From assembly GCA_963828525.1 (NCBI GenBank), contig CAWHEP010000004.1:96001-160000 (forward strand): 64,000 nucleotides of DNA, given 5' to 3'. The stretch is from an uncultured Verrucomicrobiae bacterium. GTDB taxonomy: Bacteria; Verrucomicrobiota; Verrucomicrobiia; Chthoniobacterales; Chthoniobacteraceae. The notes under the pieces are model-generated. The model was not told the origin of the DNA. It saw only the letters and a program-made list of their open reading frames with translations, and ran no database searches. The translations under genes were made by a program, and so were the position numbers. Positions 10,601-19,515 of this stretch are shown one piece after another; the stretch's first letter is position 1; the number at the start of each line of letters is the position of its first letter.

Positions 10601-10644
10601 TGCTTGCCATTTTCGGGAACAGACAACCCGCCAGCCTCGCCTGA
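7600..10644 (+). CDS. RND efflux permease (ACR_tran family)
   Basis: 1014 aa; LFPEVSFPRV, NIMTLGGMAAAVGLIIDDAIVMVEHI, RMRPITMT, QQPLAIAIISGL. Confidence 0.93.
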   Translation: MSLSTWAHAHSRSILFLLGALAAAGAISSLFLPVALFPEVSFPRVRIALDAGDRPAEQMAAEITTPVEEAVRSIPGVRGVRSTTSRGSAEISINFDWGEDMVAAMLETESEVNKILPTLPAGTSFEAERMDPTTFPVIAYSLTSDTKSLVALKDLALYTLRPALSTVPGVSRVLVQGGLTEEFRVVVSPEKLQSFQMTLADVANALSAANVLVAVGRMEQNDKLYLVISDTRFQTVDQITATVLRATPGGVVLLSDVARVEHSTEPEWTRVTADGHDAVLFQVYQQPGGNTVQIADGIKAKLNEISRQIPSDARVSNWYDQSDLILASANSTRDAVFIGVGLAALVLIVFLRNWKVTLIAAIAVPAVLSTTMLLLYGLGMSFNIMTLGGMAAAVGLIIDDAIVMVEHIIRRLRAGEGESYRQNVLVAAEEFTRPLAGSSMATIIIFAPLAFLSGVTGAFFKALSLTMAASLVISFLVAWLAVPVLCARWLSVKDAEAEESGAFMHRAHGAYSRLMRWLLPRPWLVLLFLLPLLLGGWLAYQNVASGFMPTMDEGGFILDYVSPPGTSLAETDRLLRQVEGILRQTPEVQTYSRRTGAQLGGGVSEANIGDFFVRLKPLPRRDIDEVMDDVRKAVEHDVPGLEIETAQLMEDLIGDLTSVPQPVEVKLHSNNEKILAEVAPKVADAIGKINGIVEVKDGIVPAGDALSIRVDRVKAAIEGMDPDVITKILSDSLGGNVTTHIQRGPKVIGVRVWIPGTARDSMRGIANLLLRAPDGHLFPLKRVAELIPITGQPEITREDLGRMLAVTGRIAGRDLGSAVQDVKKALDQPGLLPKEVTYALGGLYEQQQIAFRGLTIILVEAVALVFLLLLFLYESFRVAAAMLLTTLFAVAGVYLGLWLTGTEFNITSRMGMTMVVGIVTEITIFYYSEYRDLPETADRFIVAGINRMRPITMTALAAILALLPLALGIGQGSAMQQPLAIAIISGLVFALPLVLVVMPALLAIFGNRQPASLA

Positions 10645-10729
10645 CTTGAGTACCTGAGGACATGGGCCGCGCTCCGGCGCGTCCGACTCCGTCTTGACAT
10701 ACCGGTTGCCGGTCCCGCATCGTATCTTG

Positions 10730-12415
10730 ATGCATTACGCTCCGCGTATCGCCGTGGCAGGGATTATCCTTGTGCTCCCTCTTCGGATGCTCTGCGGGGA
10801 GGCGGTCCCGCTTCAGAATCCATCCTCGCAAGACGCCGTTATCCGCTCGCCTACCGCGTCAGCTCACCCGCGGATCAATGGCCCTCGCGTGTTTGGCGCG
10901 CGTCCCAGCCACCCTTTTATCTACCATCTGCCCGCGACCGGCCAGCGGCCTCTCACCTTCACCGCGAGCGGGATGCCGCCGGGCCTTTCGCTCGACGCGA
11001 GCACTGGCAACATCACGGGAGTTGCCAACGCCAGCGGCACATCGGCTGTAACCTTCACGGCCACAAACAGCGAGGGTTGCGACACGGCGGAGATCACTTT
11101 CCTCATCGGCGACACCATCTGCCTGACGCCACAGATGGGTTGGAATAGCTGGAACCATTTTAGAGACCGGGTGTCGGACCAGACTGTTCGCGCGGCCGCG
11201 GATGCCATGGTCTCCAGCGGACTCATCGATCACGGCTGGACTTACGTAAATATCGACGACTGCTGGGAGGGTGAGCGCGACTCAGAGGGGAACATTCATG
11301 GCAACAAAAAGTTCCCCGACCTCAAAGCGCTCGGCGAATATGTCCATGCGAAAGGGCTCAAGTTTGGCATTTACAGTTCGCCGGGCCCGCGAACATGCGG
11401 AGGGTACGCCGCCTCTTATCAACATGAAGATCAGGATGCGCGCTCTTACGCGGGGTGGGGGATTGATTACGTAAAATACGATCTCTGCTCGTATAGCGAG
11501 CAGGTCATGAAAGCGCGGCTGCGCAAGCGGTTCGGAGATCTTTTCCAGCCCAGCGTTAAGGCGATCTATGAATCGCTTTGCGCGGAGGAGGATGATTTGA
11601 AGCGTCACCGGAAACGCGCGCCAGAGCAGGAGGCGCGCCTTAAAGAAGTAGGTTCGCGGTTGCGCGAAATGGTGAGCCAACTCGACCAATCGAAGACGCG
11701 CGCGTACGACCTCGAGGAGCAGCAGGCGCCGTATCGATTGTTCAGCCAATCTCTTTCAAAGGCGCGACGCGACATTGTCTATAGCTTCTGCCAGTATGGA
11801 AATGCGAATGTGTGGGAGTGGGGCGCCTCCCTCGGCGGCAATTCGTGGCGCACCACGGGCGATATCGAGGCGAACTGGAACAGCATGAGCCGCATAGGCT
11901 TCAACCAGGATCGTCTTGCCAGGTTCGCTGGGCCCGGCCATTGGAATGATCCTGATATGCTGGAGATCGGGAATCGGGGGTTGAATCCCGACGAGTGCTA
12001 CACCCACATGACCCTGTGGTGCATGCTTTCCGCTCCGCTGCTCATCGGGTGCGACATGTCCAGCATGGATCCGTTCACCATCAGCCTTTTCTCCAATGAT
12101 GAAGTCATCAGCGTGGATCAGGATTCGCTGGGCAGGCAGGGTGAGCGTTCAAAGGTGGACGGCAAGTCCGAGGTTTGGACCAAGCCGTTGAGCGATGGCT
12201 CGCTGGCGGTGGCGCTCTTCAACAGGGGCGAAGAGTCGGCGACTGTCCGTGCCTCATGGAATGAACTAGGTCGAGCTCCCGGGAATGACGGCAAACCGCC
12301 AGAGGCGCGTGATCTCTGGAGGCAGAAGGCGCTGCCCTCGAGGCCGGACGGAGTTGCCATGTTGGTCGCGCCGCATAGCGCCGAATTGCTCAAGGTTGGA
12401 TCGTCCGGTCACTGA
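10730..12415 (+). CDS. GH27 alpha-galactosidase with N-terminal putative Ig (He_PIG) domain
   Basis: LTPQMGWNSWN, VNIDDCW, GLKFGIYS, DYVKYD nucleophile, WRTTGDI, GHWNDPDML; Ig-like GMPPGLSLDASTGNITG. Confidence 0.9.
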   Translation: MHYAPRIAVAGIILVLPLRMLCGEAVPLQNPSSQDAVIRSPTASAHPRINGPRVFGARPSHPFIYHLPATGQRPLTFTASGMPPGLSLDASTGNITGVANASGTSAVTFTATNSEGCDTAEITFLIGDTICLTPQMGWNSWNHFRDRVSDQTVRAAADAMVSSGLIDHGWTYVNIDDCWEGERDSEGNIHGNKKFPDLKALGEYVHAKGLKFGIYSSPGPRTCGGYAASYQHEDQDARSYAGWGIDYVKYDLCSYSEQVMKARLRKRFGDLFQPSVKAIYESLCAEEDDLKRHRKRAPEQEARLKEVGSRLREMVSQLDQSKTRAYDLEEQQAPYRLFSQSLSKARRDIVYSFCQYGNANVWEWGASLGGNSWRTTGDIEANWNSMSRIGFNQDRLARFAGPGHWNDPDMLEIGNRGLNPDECYTHMTLWCMLSAPLLIGCDMSSMDPFTISLFSNDEVISVDQDSLGRQGERSKVDGKSEVWTKPLSDGSLAVALFNRGEESATVRASWNELGRAPGNDGKPPEARDLWRQKALPSRPDGVAMLVAPHSAELLKVGSSGH

Positions 12416-12608
12416 GCCTCCGGGTCACCTCCTTCGACATTTGTTGATTTCAGTAGTTCACTTTTGTCTTCCAAACAGAAGCTGATTCGTAGGCATCCAT
12501 CCTACAGGAGAATAGGAAGATTTGTTCAGCAAGCTTCTTGGCTTCGCTAGTATCTTTAAAGCGGCATGGAGCCGGGCGTGAGGCGCTCCATGCTTAGTAT
12601 AGAACGTT

Positions 12609-13541
12609 ATGGAATACCTCATCTCAAGGCAAGGGGAGCAGTATGGCCCTTATACAGACGAAGCGACGATCGGCTTTTTGCGCGATGGCCGCCTCTCTCC
12701 TGCTGATCTCGCGTGGCATGAGGGTTTGGATGAGTGGTTTCCTCTTGGATCGCTATTGGGCGAGATTGAAGCGAATTATCTAGCTGAGCCTTCGCAAGAC
12801 GGGGCGCTGGATACGGGCGACGAAGTGCCGTCAGAGAGCGGCAATCCGGAACTGCAACCCGTGACCTATCCTGCATCTCCCGCGCCCTTGCCTGCCAGTA
12901 GATCCTCCCGTCCTCGGAACGCAACCTCCTGGATGGACGTGTCAATGAATGTGGCGATTGTCCTCCTGATCGTGGGCGGAGGCTACTACTACTTCACCGC
13001 TGGCGCAGGAAAAGACGCAGGCGTGAAGTTGCGTGAAAAGGCGCGTTCCGCGCTTCAGATTGGAGCCACCGCTGTTCAACCGGCAGTGCCGACAGCGAGC
13101 GTCGCTCCATCGGTAATCCCCGTTCCGGCTGCAGTCGCAGTAGCGCCGACCGTCAACGCTGTAACGGAAGTAACTGCCCCGCCCGCGCCGGTCGCGACCA
13201 CACCTCCACCGGTTGTGGCAGAAGCCACTGCTCCTGTTGTGGCAGAAACGCCTGCCCCCGCTGCGGCAGCGGTCGCGTCCATTGCGCAGCCCACCCCTAT
13301 TGACTGGGCGGCATTCAGCCAGACGCCCGCGCTATGGCCGAGGATGGTGCTCCTTACGCATCCCGTTGAGTTTCCAGCAGTGCTGAATGGAGAGGTCGTC
13401 GGTTCTGTAAAACTACCTGCTGGAACCAGTTTGAGGCTTGCTGGTATGCACGGGGCTGAGTTGAAGCTCGAATATCAAAGCGTGATCCAGGACGTGCCGA
13501 TTGGCGCTACGGATATCGAACTGCGTATCAGGGCTGGTTGA
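12609..13541 (+). CDS. GYF_2 (DUF4339) domain membrane protein
   Basis: YLISRQGEQYGPY...LAWHEGLDEWFPL; one TM helix; Pro/Ala/Thr linker; C-terminal beta domain. Confidence 0.8.
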   Translation: MEYLISRQGEQYGPYTDEATIGFLRDGRLSPADLAWHEGLDEWFPLGSLLGEIEANYLAEPSQDGALDTGDEVPSESGNPELQPVTYPASPAPLPASRSSRPRNATSWMDVSMNVAIVLLIVGGGYYYFTAGAGKDAGVKLREKARSALQIGATAVQPAVPTASVAPSVIPVPAAVAVAPTVNAVTEVTAPPAPVATTPPPVVAEATAPVVAETPAPAAAAVASIAQPTPIDWAAFSQTPALWPRMVLLTHPVEFPAVLNGEVVGSVKLPAGTSLRLAGMHGAELKLEYQSVIQDVPIGATDIELRIRAG

Positions 13542-13588
13542 GGCGGTATTCAGCCATCGGCGGGCTCTGCGGCCCGCGTATCCTCGCC

Positions 13589-13617
13589 TTGACGGAGCAG
13601 GGCTCCTCCGTTAGCCT
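13589..13617 (+). promoter_or_regulatory. sigma70-like promoter of bamD-lptE-rsmI
   Basis: TTGACG-N17-TAGCCT ending 9 nt before ATG 13627; the -35/spacer region is itself an inverted repeat (ACGGAG...CTCCGT). Confidence 0.55.
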
Positions 13618-13626
13618 AGCCCCCCT

Positions 13627-14802
13627 ATGCCGAAGACACTTTTGCCCATTCTGATCCTGGCGCTCTTTCTCGTGCCCGGGTTCTCTGAAGCGGCTCTCGT
13701 GTATACACCTCAGGATGGGTGGAATTTGGAAGGCCCTGAGGGAACCGTCCAATCGCGTAATTCCGCCGACCAGATGCGCAAGGCGGAGGAATACGAAAAT
13801 GCCCGGGATTTCAAAAGGGCCATCGTGGCGTATAGGACTCTCGTCAAAAAGTGGCCAAAGTCGATGTATGCCGTCAAAGCGCAACTGAAGTATGCCACTC
13901 TCTCGGAGAAGGTGGGAGATATTGACCGCGCCTTTGAGCAGTATGGGATTTACATTTCGAAGTATCCGCGAGGAGAGGACTTCGACAAATGCGTTGAGTC
14001 CGAGTTCCGCATCGCAAAGCTCTTCCTGGAGGGCGCGAAGCAAAAAGTATTTGGCATTCCGGTCTTGGCTTCCATGACCCGCGCGCAGCAGATGTTCGAG
14101 GAGATCGTAAAGAGCGCTCCTTACAGCCCTTACGCTCCGCTCTCACAATTCAATTCCGGCGTGGCCCTTGAGAAGCAGGAAAAATATCCGGAGGCGATTC
14201 AAGCCTACGAGGGCGTTCTCTCGAAGTATCCCAGCGAGTCAGTCGCCGCCGACGCGCAATATCAGATCGGGTATGTCCTCTTAAAAGAAGCTCGACAGGG
14301 TTCGTACGACCAGGCGGACGCCACCAAGGCGCGCGAAGCTTTTGAAGACTTCATCGCTCGCTACCCGAACAGCGAGAAGGTGCCGCAGGCGCGTGAAAAC
14401 ATGGCTTCCCTTACGGGACGGCAGACGGAGAATACGTTTGATATTGCTCGCTTCTACGACAAGAAGAAAGACTACAAGGCCGCGGTCATATACTACAATC
14501 AGGTTATCAAGGAGCAGCCGGGTTCACCGCAAAGCGTCTCAGCCAAGGCGCGCATTGAAGCGTTGCGAGGCAAGGTGGGAGAGAGCGCCCTGGCGGAGGC
14601 GCCGGCGCCCGCGCAGAATGGATCGCGCGCGCAGGAAGCTCGCAAGATGCAAGCGCAGGTGGATACTGCCTCCCGTTCCGATTACTCCGGGCCTCCTGTA
14701 AGCATGCCGGAACCGACGCCTGCCGCGAAACCGAAAGTGCGGGCATCTCCGCTGGACATTGGACCCGTGCCGGCTGTGGAGCCTCCTCTCCCGAGTCAAT
14801 GA
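13627..14802 (+). CDS. bamD: outer membrane protein assembly factor BamD-like TPR protein
   Basis: Multiple TPRs; AREAFEDFIARYPNSEKV; IARFYDKKKDYKAAVIYY; adjacent to lptE. Confidence 0.8.
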   Translation: MPKTLLPILILALFLVPGFSEAALVYTPQDGWNLEGPEGTVQSRNSADQMRKAEEYENARDFKRAIVAYRTLVKKWPKSMYAVKAQLKYATLSEKVGDIDRAFEQYGIYISKYPRGEDFDKCVESEFRIAKLFLEGAKQKVFGIPVLASMTRAQQMFEEIVKSAPYSPYAPLSQFNSGVALEKQEKYPEAIQAYEGVLSKYPSESVAADAQYQIGYVLLKEARQGSYDQADATKAREAFEDFIARYPNSEKVPQARENMASLTGRQTENTFDIARFYDKKKDYKAAVIYYNQVIKEQPGSPQSVSAKARIEALRGKVGESALAEAPAPAQNGSRAQEARKMQAQVDTASRSDYSGPPVSMPEPTPAAKPKVRASPLDIGPVPAVEPPLPSQ

Positions 14803-15320
14803 GGCGGGTTCATCGGCTTTTGTTAAGGCTTTCGCTCGTTCCTCTTCTGTTTGGTTCCGGGTGCGCTGGATACCACCTCGGGCCGGTGAAACCGACATTC
14901 ATGAAAGAGGTGCGCACTCTTTCTGTGCCAGCGTTTAAGAATAACACCCTCATGCCGCGGACTGAAGTCCTCGTTGCCGATACACTCATAAAGCAACTCC
15001 AACAGGACGGCACGTATGAGATCGTGCCCGATGACCGAGCAGACGCCATCATCGAAGGCTCCGTCACCAACATCCAGCGAACCCCGTCCCGCTCACTGCG
15101 GGGAAACGTGCTCGCGACAAGTGAATATACTCTGACGGTCACCCTGGAAGTGCGCGTCACCAAACGCGATACAGGCGCGTTGATCACGCGCCGGCTTTTC
15201 AATGGAACCACCAGTTTCTTTGTCGGCCAGGATGTGAACCAGGATGAGAGACAAGCTCTTCCTCTCGCAGTGCAGGATGCGGCTCAGAGTGTTGTGACGG
15301 CGCTAAGCGAAGGGTGGTGA
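14799..15320 (+). CDS. lptE: LPS-assembly lipoprotein LptE family
   Basis: Lipobox GSGC followed by AGYHLG; VPAFKNNT; ADAIIEGSV. Confidence 0.8.
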   Translation: MRRVHRLLLRLSLVPLLFGSGCAGYHLGPVKPTFMKEVRTLSVPAFKNNTLMPRTEVLVADTLIKQLQQDGTYEIVPDDRADAIIEGSVTNIQRTPSRSLRGNVLATSEYTLTVTLEVRVTKRDTGALITRRLFNGTTSFFVGQDVNQDERQALPLAVQDAAQSVVTALSEGW

Positions 15321-15327
15321 ACCCGAT

Positions 15328-16020
15328 TTGCTTTACCTGGTAGCCACTCCCATAGGGAATTTGGGGGACATGACGCTTCGGGCGATCGACACGCTGAAGA
15401 TCGCGGATGTCATCGCCGCGGAGGACACTCGCCACTCTGGCCATCTGCTGCATCATTTTGCGATCACGGCGCCAATGGTGAGCTACCATGAACATAACGA
15501 AGCTTCGCGCACTCAGGAGCTCTTGGAGCGTTTGCGGCAGGGGGACAATGTTGCCGTCATTACGGATGCCGGCTTGCCATCCATATCAGATCCCGGCGCT
15601 CGGCTTTTAAACGCGTGCATTGCAAATTCCCTGCCTTACACGGTCATCCCTGGCCCATCCTCTGTCCTTACGGCGCTGGTAGGCTCAGGCTTTCCAGCCG
15701 AACGTTTCTTTTTCGGAGGGTTCCTCCCGGTGAAAAGCGGCCAGCGCGAGCGCGAAGTGCGTCTGGCGCTGGACCGCCACGAAACATCCATCTTCTTCGA
15801 GTCTCCATACCGTCTTCTGAAGACACTTGAGGTGGCGGGAAGCCTCGCGCCAGAGCGTCTGGTTTGTGTTGCCCGCGAGCTCACAAAGCAATTCGAGGAA
15901 TTTCGGATCGGAACTCCCGCCGTTCTGCTGGAGCATTACGCGCAACGGACCGTCAAAGGGGAGATTACGCTTCTCATGCGGGGGCGAGGCAAAAAAGAGG
16001 AGCCGATTCCCGAGCCTTAG
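15328..16020 (+). CDS. rsmI: 16S rRNA (cytidine1402-2'-O)-methyltransferase
   Basis: LYLVATPIGNLGD, AEDTR, DAGLPSISDPG, FESPYR, ARELTKQFEE. Confidence 0.95.
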   Translation: MLYLVATPIGNLGDMTLRAIDTLKIADVIAAEDTRHSGHLLHHFAITAPMVSYHEHNEASRTQELLERLRQGDNVAVITDAGLPSISDPGARLLNACIANSLPYTVIPGPSSVLTALVGSGFPAERFFFGGFLPVKSGQREREVRLALDRHETSIFFESPYRLLKTLEVAGSLAPERLVCVARELTKQFEEFRIGTPAVLLEHYAQRTVKGEITLLMRGRGKKEEPIPEP

Positions 16021-16048
16021 ACCTGCCCACACGGTTTCCGCTTCGCTC

Positions 16049-17578
16049 TTAAACGAGATGACGCGCCTGGCGTCGAGGCAACGTGGAGACTTCCGTTCGA
16101 ACGCGCTCCTTCCGCTGATGCGCGGAATAACGGCGCAAAAACTCTGGAGTGTCATTTCGCCCGGACCTTTGGTAATCCCGTATCAGCGCCGAGGCCACTA
16201 CTTCCTCAGGCAACCCAATCACTTCGCGGAGATAGCTAAAAAGATATTGGCATAGCGCCGCAAGGCTGATGCTGTCTGTTCTCCCGGCCTGGCGGTGCAG
16301 CCATATGCTGAATTCCATGAAACTCCAGAATGCCGATGTCCCAACCCGCCGATAGAGAAGGCTGCCGGTCTCTGGAAAATTTCCGCTGTTTGCAACCAAG
16401 TCCCAGTACCGGGCAAAACGACGCAACCGCTGCATCCCGCTGAAATCGATCAACTTATTCTGAAGTATTTCGTAAGGCGGATCGGCGGCGTAGACCATCT
16501 CCCACGTCGTGTCGTGACGCGTAATGGGTGTGCCCCGGAGCCGCTTCAGTATGCCGACCTGAATTTCCTGCGGACCTAGCGCAACGAGCCGGTCGAATCC
16601 CGCTCCGAAACTTTCCACCGACTCGCCCGGAAGTCCCGCTATCAAGTCCGCATGGACGTGCGCCCCCGTCTGCTCTTTGAGGAATGTTAAATTCTCCGCA
16701 AGCCGTCCGTAGTTCTGACGCCGACTTATCAACCGGGCTGCCTCTGGATCAAATGTCTGTATGCCTACTTCAAGCTGAAGCGTTCCGGCTGGAAACTGTG
16801 ATATGATTTCACGCAAATCCGCCGGCAGTCGATCAGGTACCATCTCAAAGTGAACGAACAGACCCGGTCGCTGACGCTCCAGGAAAAACGCGAGGATGGA
16901 TCTGCTTGTGGAGATATTCAGGTTGAAGGTCCGATCCACGAACTTGAACTGAGTGACCCCTCTTTCCATGAGCCGTTCCAGGCTTGAGAGCAACGGTTGG
17001 AGAGCGAACTGTCTCACCGGAACGTCAAGTGACGATAGGCAAAACTCGCATGTGAAAGGACAACCGCGCGACGCCTCCACATAGATCACACGGTTTGCCG
17101 CGTCATCCCGTGAATAGAGATCGTATGGCGTTGTCACCTTGTTCAAATCGGGTATCCCCGACGGGATGATCTTCGCGCTGGGCGCCTCGTTCTTGAGCAC
17201 CGCCCTGCACACTCCCACGAAAGTGAGATCCGCCTCGCCTGTCACCACGTAATCGGCGAGAGCAGTGATGCTCTGACCCTCTGTCTCGTAACTCACCTCC
17301 GGGCCTCCCAGGATCAGTGTCACTTCCGGCCTTATGCGTTTCAGCAGGCCCGCAAGTTCAGTCGATTGCGCGGCATTCCAGATATATACTCCCAAACCCA
17401 CGATCCGCGGATTTTCCGCAAGTATGCGCTCCGCGATTTCGATCGGGCGCTGCTTTATTTCAAACTCAAGCAGCTGCGTATCGGCCTGCAGTTCTGCCAT
17501 GTTCGCCAGCAGATAGCGCAAGCCGAACGAAGCATGAATGTACTTCGCGTTGAGCGTTGAAAGGACAATTCGAGGCAC
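16049..17578 (-). CDS. B12-binding radical SAM protein (DUF4080-type)
   Basis: N-terminal cobalamin-binding region ILGGPEVS; CxxxCxxC in SRGCPFTCEFCLS; KFVDRTFN. Confidence 0.9.
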   Translation of the reverse strand: MPRIVLSTLNAKYIHASFGLRYLLANMAELQADTQLLEFEIKQRPIEIAERILAENPRIVGLGVYIWNAAQSTELAGLLKRIRPEVTLILGGPEVSYETEGQSITALADYVVTGEADLTFVGVCRAVLKNEAPSAKIIPSGIPDLNKVTTPYDLYSRDDAANRVIYVEASRGCPFTCEFCLSSLDVPVRQFALQPLLSSLERLMERGVTQFKFVDRTFNLNISTSRSILAFFLERQRPGLFVHFEMVPDRLPADLREIISQFPAGTLQLEVGIQTFDPEAARLISRRQNYGRLAENLTFLKEQTGAHVHADLIAGLPGESVESFGAGFDRLVALGPQEIQVGILKRLRGTPITRHDTTWEMVYAADPPYEILQNKLIDFSGMQRLRRFARYWDLVANSGNFPETGSLLYRRVGTSAFWSFMEFSIWLHRQAGRTDSISLAALCQYLFSYLREVIGLPEEVVASALIRDYQRSGRNDTPEFLRRYSAHQRKERVRTEVSTLPRRQARHLV

Positions 17579-17670
17579 CGCCGCGAATCATCGCTCAAGA
17601 TGGCGCTCAGAGCAAAGCATCCCTCGCCCCGGCCTGTCAGAAAGCTGGGGTCCCGCAGATCCAAAGGGAA

Positions 17671-17687
17671 TGCGGATAAACTCCGCA
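17671..17687 (-). terminator. hairpin downstream of the small basic ORF
   Basis: TGCGGA-GTTTA-TCCGCA on the minus strand, followed by TTCCCTTT. Confidence 0.4.
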
Positions 17688-17695
17688 AACAGCCG

Positions 17696-17800
17696 CTACT
17701 TCTTCTTGGCGGCGGCTGGCGCCGGCGTAGGAGCCTTTTTCTTGCCAGTGTCTTTTTGGCTTTTTTTCTTCTGTGTATCTTTCGGACTTCTGTCACCCAT
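17696..17800 (-). CDS. 34-aa lysine-rich small protein (not in the ORF track)
   Basis: Manual translation MGDRSPKDTQKKKSQKDTGKKKAPTPAPAAAKKK*; TTGCCG-N17-TATTGG upstream and a hairpin downstream. Confidence 0.7.
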   Translation of the reverse strand: MGDRSPKDTQKKKSQKDTGKKKAPTPAPAAAKKK

Positions 17801-17892
17801 AATGCCGAACCAATATCCCTTCCGTTAACTGACGGCAAGCGAGAAGAGGGGGCTATGGAAATTTTGGCGCGGCTCCACGTCGCGCCTGCGCC

Positions 17893-18681
17893 CTATGCGG
17901 TCGCAGTTTCTTCGATTTCACCTACTCGCAAGCTCATTCCCATGGAGTGAAAAATACTATCTCGCGTCGCAAGATAGCCCGCTGAATCAAGATCACGGGG
18001 GCGGGGCAGATCGACGTGAATGACCTCCTTGATCGTTGCGGGGCGCTTGCTCATCACCAGCACGCGATCCGCAAGTTGCACAGCTTCCTCAATGTCGTGA
18101 GTGACAAACAGAATGGTCTTCTTCTCGCTTTGCCAGATCCGAGCAAGATCAGCGCGCATTTTGAGCCGAGTGATGAAGTCCAGCGCTCCGAAAGGCTCGT
18201 CCATGTAGATTACGTCGGGATTTGCGGCAAGAGCGCGCGCGATTTCGACCCGCTGCCGCATCCCCCCGGAAAGTTCACGCGGGTAGGACCGCTCGAAGCC
18301 CCCGAGTCCCACCATTTCGATGTAGCGCTCCACTATTCGTTTCCGCTCCGGCCTTGTCTTGCTACGCAGTCCAAAGCCGATGTTTTCCCAAACTGTGAGC
18401 CAAGGGAATACCCCATTTTCCTGAAACACAAAAATCCTTCTCGGATCAGGTCCGGAGACAGGCTGGCCCTCCACCAGCACCGTTCCGCTGGAGGCGCGAA
18501 GAAACCCCCCGATGATGTTCAGCAATGTCGATTTTCCACATCCGCTCGGCCCGACGATGCAGACAAATTCGCCCGGCGCAACTGTGGCGCTTACATCTTC
18601 CAACACAGCGACATCCGCGCCGTTCCGCTTGGAAGGAAACGTCATCCATACATTCCGAACATCGACCACGGGAGCGCTCAT
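17893..18681 (-). CDS. nitrate/sulfonate/taurine-type ABC ATP-binding protein
   Basis: GPSGCGKST, FPWLTV, LSGGMRQR, MDEPFGALD, FVTHDIEEA. Confidence 0.92.
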   Translation of the reverse strand: MSAPVVDVRNVWMTFPSKRNGADVAVLEDVSATVAPGEFVCIVGPSGCGKSTLLNIIGGFLRASSGTVLVEGQPVSGPDPRRIFVFQENGVFPWLTVWENIGFGLRSKTRPERKRIVERYIEMVGLGGFERSYPRELSGGMRQRVEIARALAANPDVIYMDEPFGALDFITRLKMRADLARIWQSEKKTILFVTHDIEEAVQLADRVLVMSKRPATIKEVIHVDLPRPRDLDSAGYLATRDSIFHSMGMSLRVGEIEETATA

Positions 18682-19515
18682 TCGCGGTTTCCGTATCCCC
18701 AGCGGACTTCGTCGAACTTCTCGAGTTGTCTGACCACCAAATCAAGCGCCAGACCGATCAAGCCGATCATCACCATACCGGCGACGACAAGGTCGTAGCG
18801 TTTGCCGGCGTTCCGCGCGTCGATGATGAGATAACCCAGGCCGCTGTTCACGGCGATCATCTCGGCGGCCACCACTACCAGCCATGCCACCCCGAGCGCG
18901 ATACGAATGCCCGTTATGATCTGCGGAAGAGTAGCCCTGAATATCACCTGCCAGAAAAGCTCGCTCGGTCGCAACCCGAAATTCTGCGCTGCCCTTAGAT
19001 AGACGGGCTGCATATTTTGCACGGCGGCAATGGCCGAGACGGCAATGGGGAATACCGACGCCAGGAAAATAAGAAAGATGGGCGCGGCATCGGACACTCC
19101 AAACCAGAGGATGGCGAGTGGAATCCAAGCGATCGGCGAGATCGGACGGAAAATCTGGATGATCGGGTTGAAGGCTTGGAAGGCCGTCCTGAACCAGCCT
19201 AACAGAAGTCCGATTGGGACCCCTACGATCACGGCCAAACCGAAGCCGAAAGTCACACGGAAAGGGAGGCGACGATGTATTTCAGGAGCAAGCCCTTCTG
19301 CGCGAGTTCCCAGATGCCTCGCAGCACTTCGATTGGCGTTGGGAACAGATCGCTATGAGAGAGCCGTACGAGGCGTGCCAGACTACCAGGGAAAGCATGA
19401 TTACAACCAGTGGAAGTAGCACCGGCGGAAGGATACGCGCGCTCCTCTCGGAGTACCCGCCACTTTGGCCCGATGCCATTGCATTCTCTGCGAGCACCTT
19501 TGGACGCTCGCTCAT
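18678..19515 (-). CDS. nitrate/sulfonate/taurine-type ABC permease (apparent indels near 19372 and 19258)
   Basis: RPISPIAWIPLAILWFG and VVVAAEMI. The N-terminal pieces MSERPK...VVWHA, LVRLSHSDLFPTP...IVASL and VTFGF lie in different frames. Confidence 0.88.

Noticed and set aside
12416..12608. Riboswitch or ncRNA in the larger intergenic gaps (also 26106-26285, 40229-40387)
   Set aside because: No recognisable conserved cores by eye; a covariance-model search would be needed to exclude them fully.
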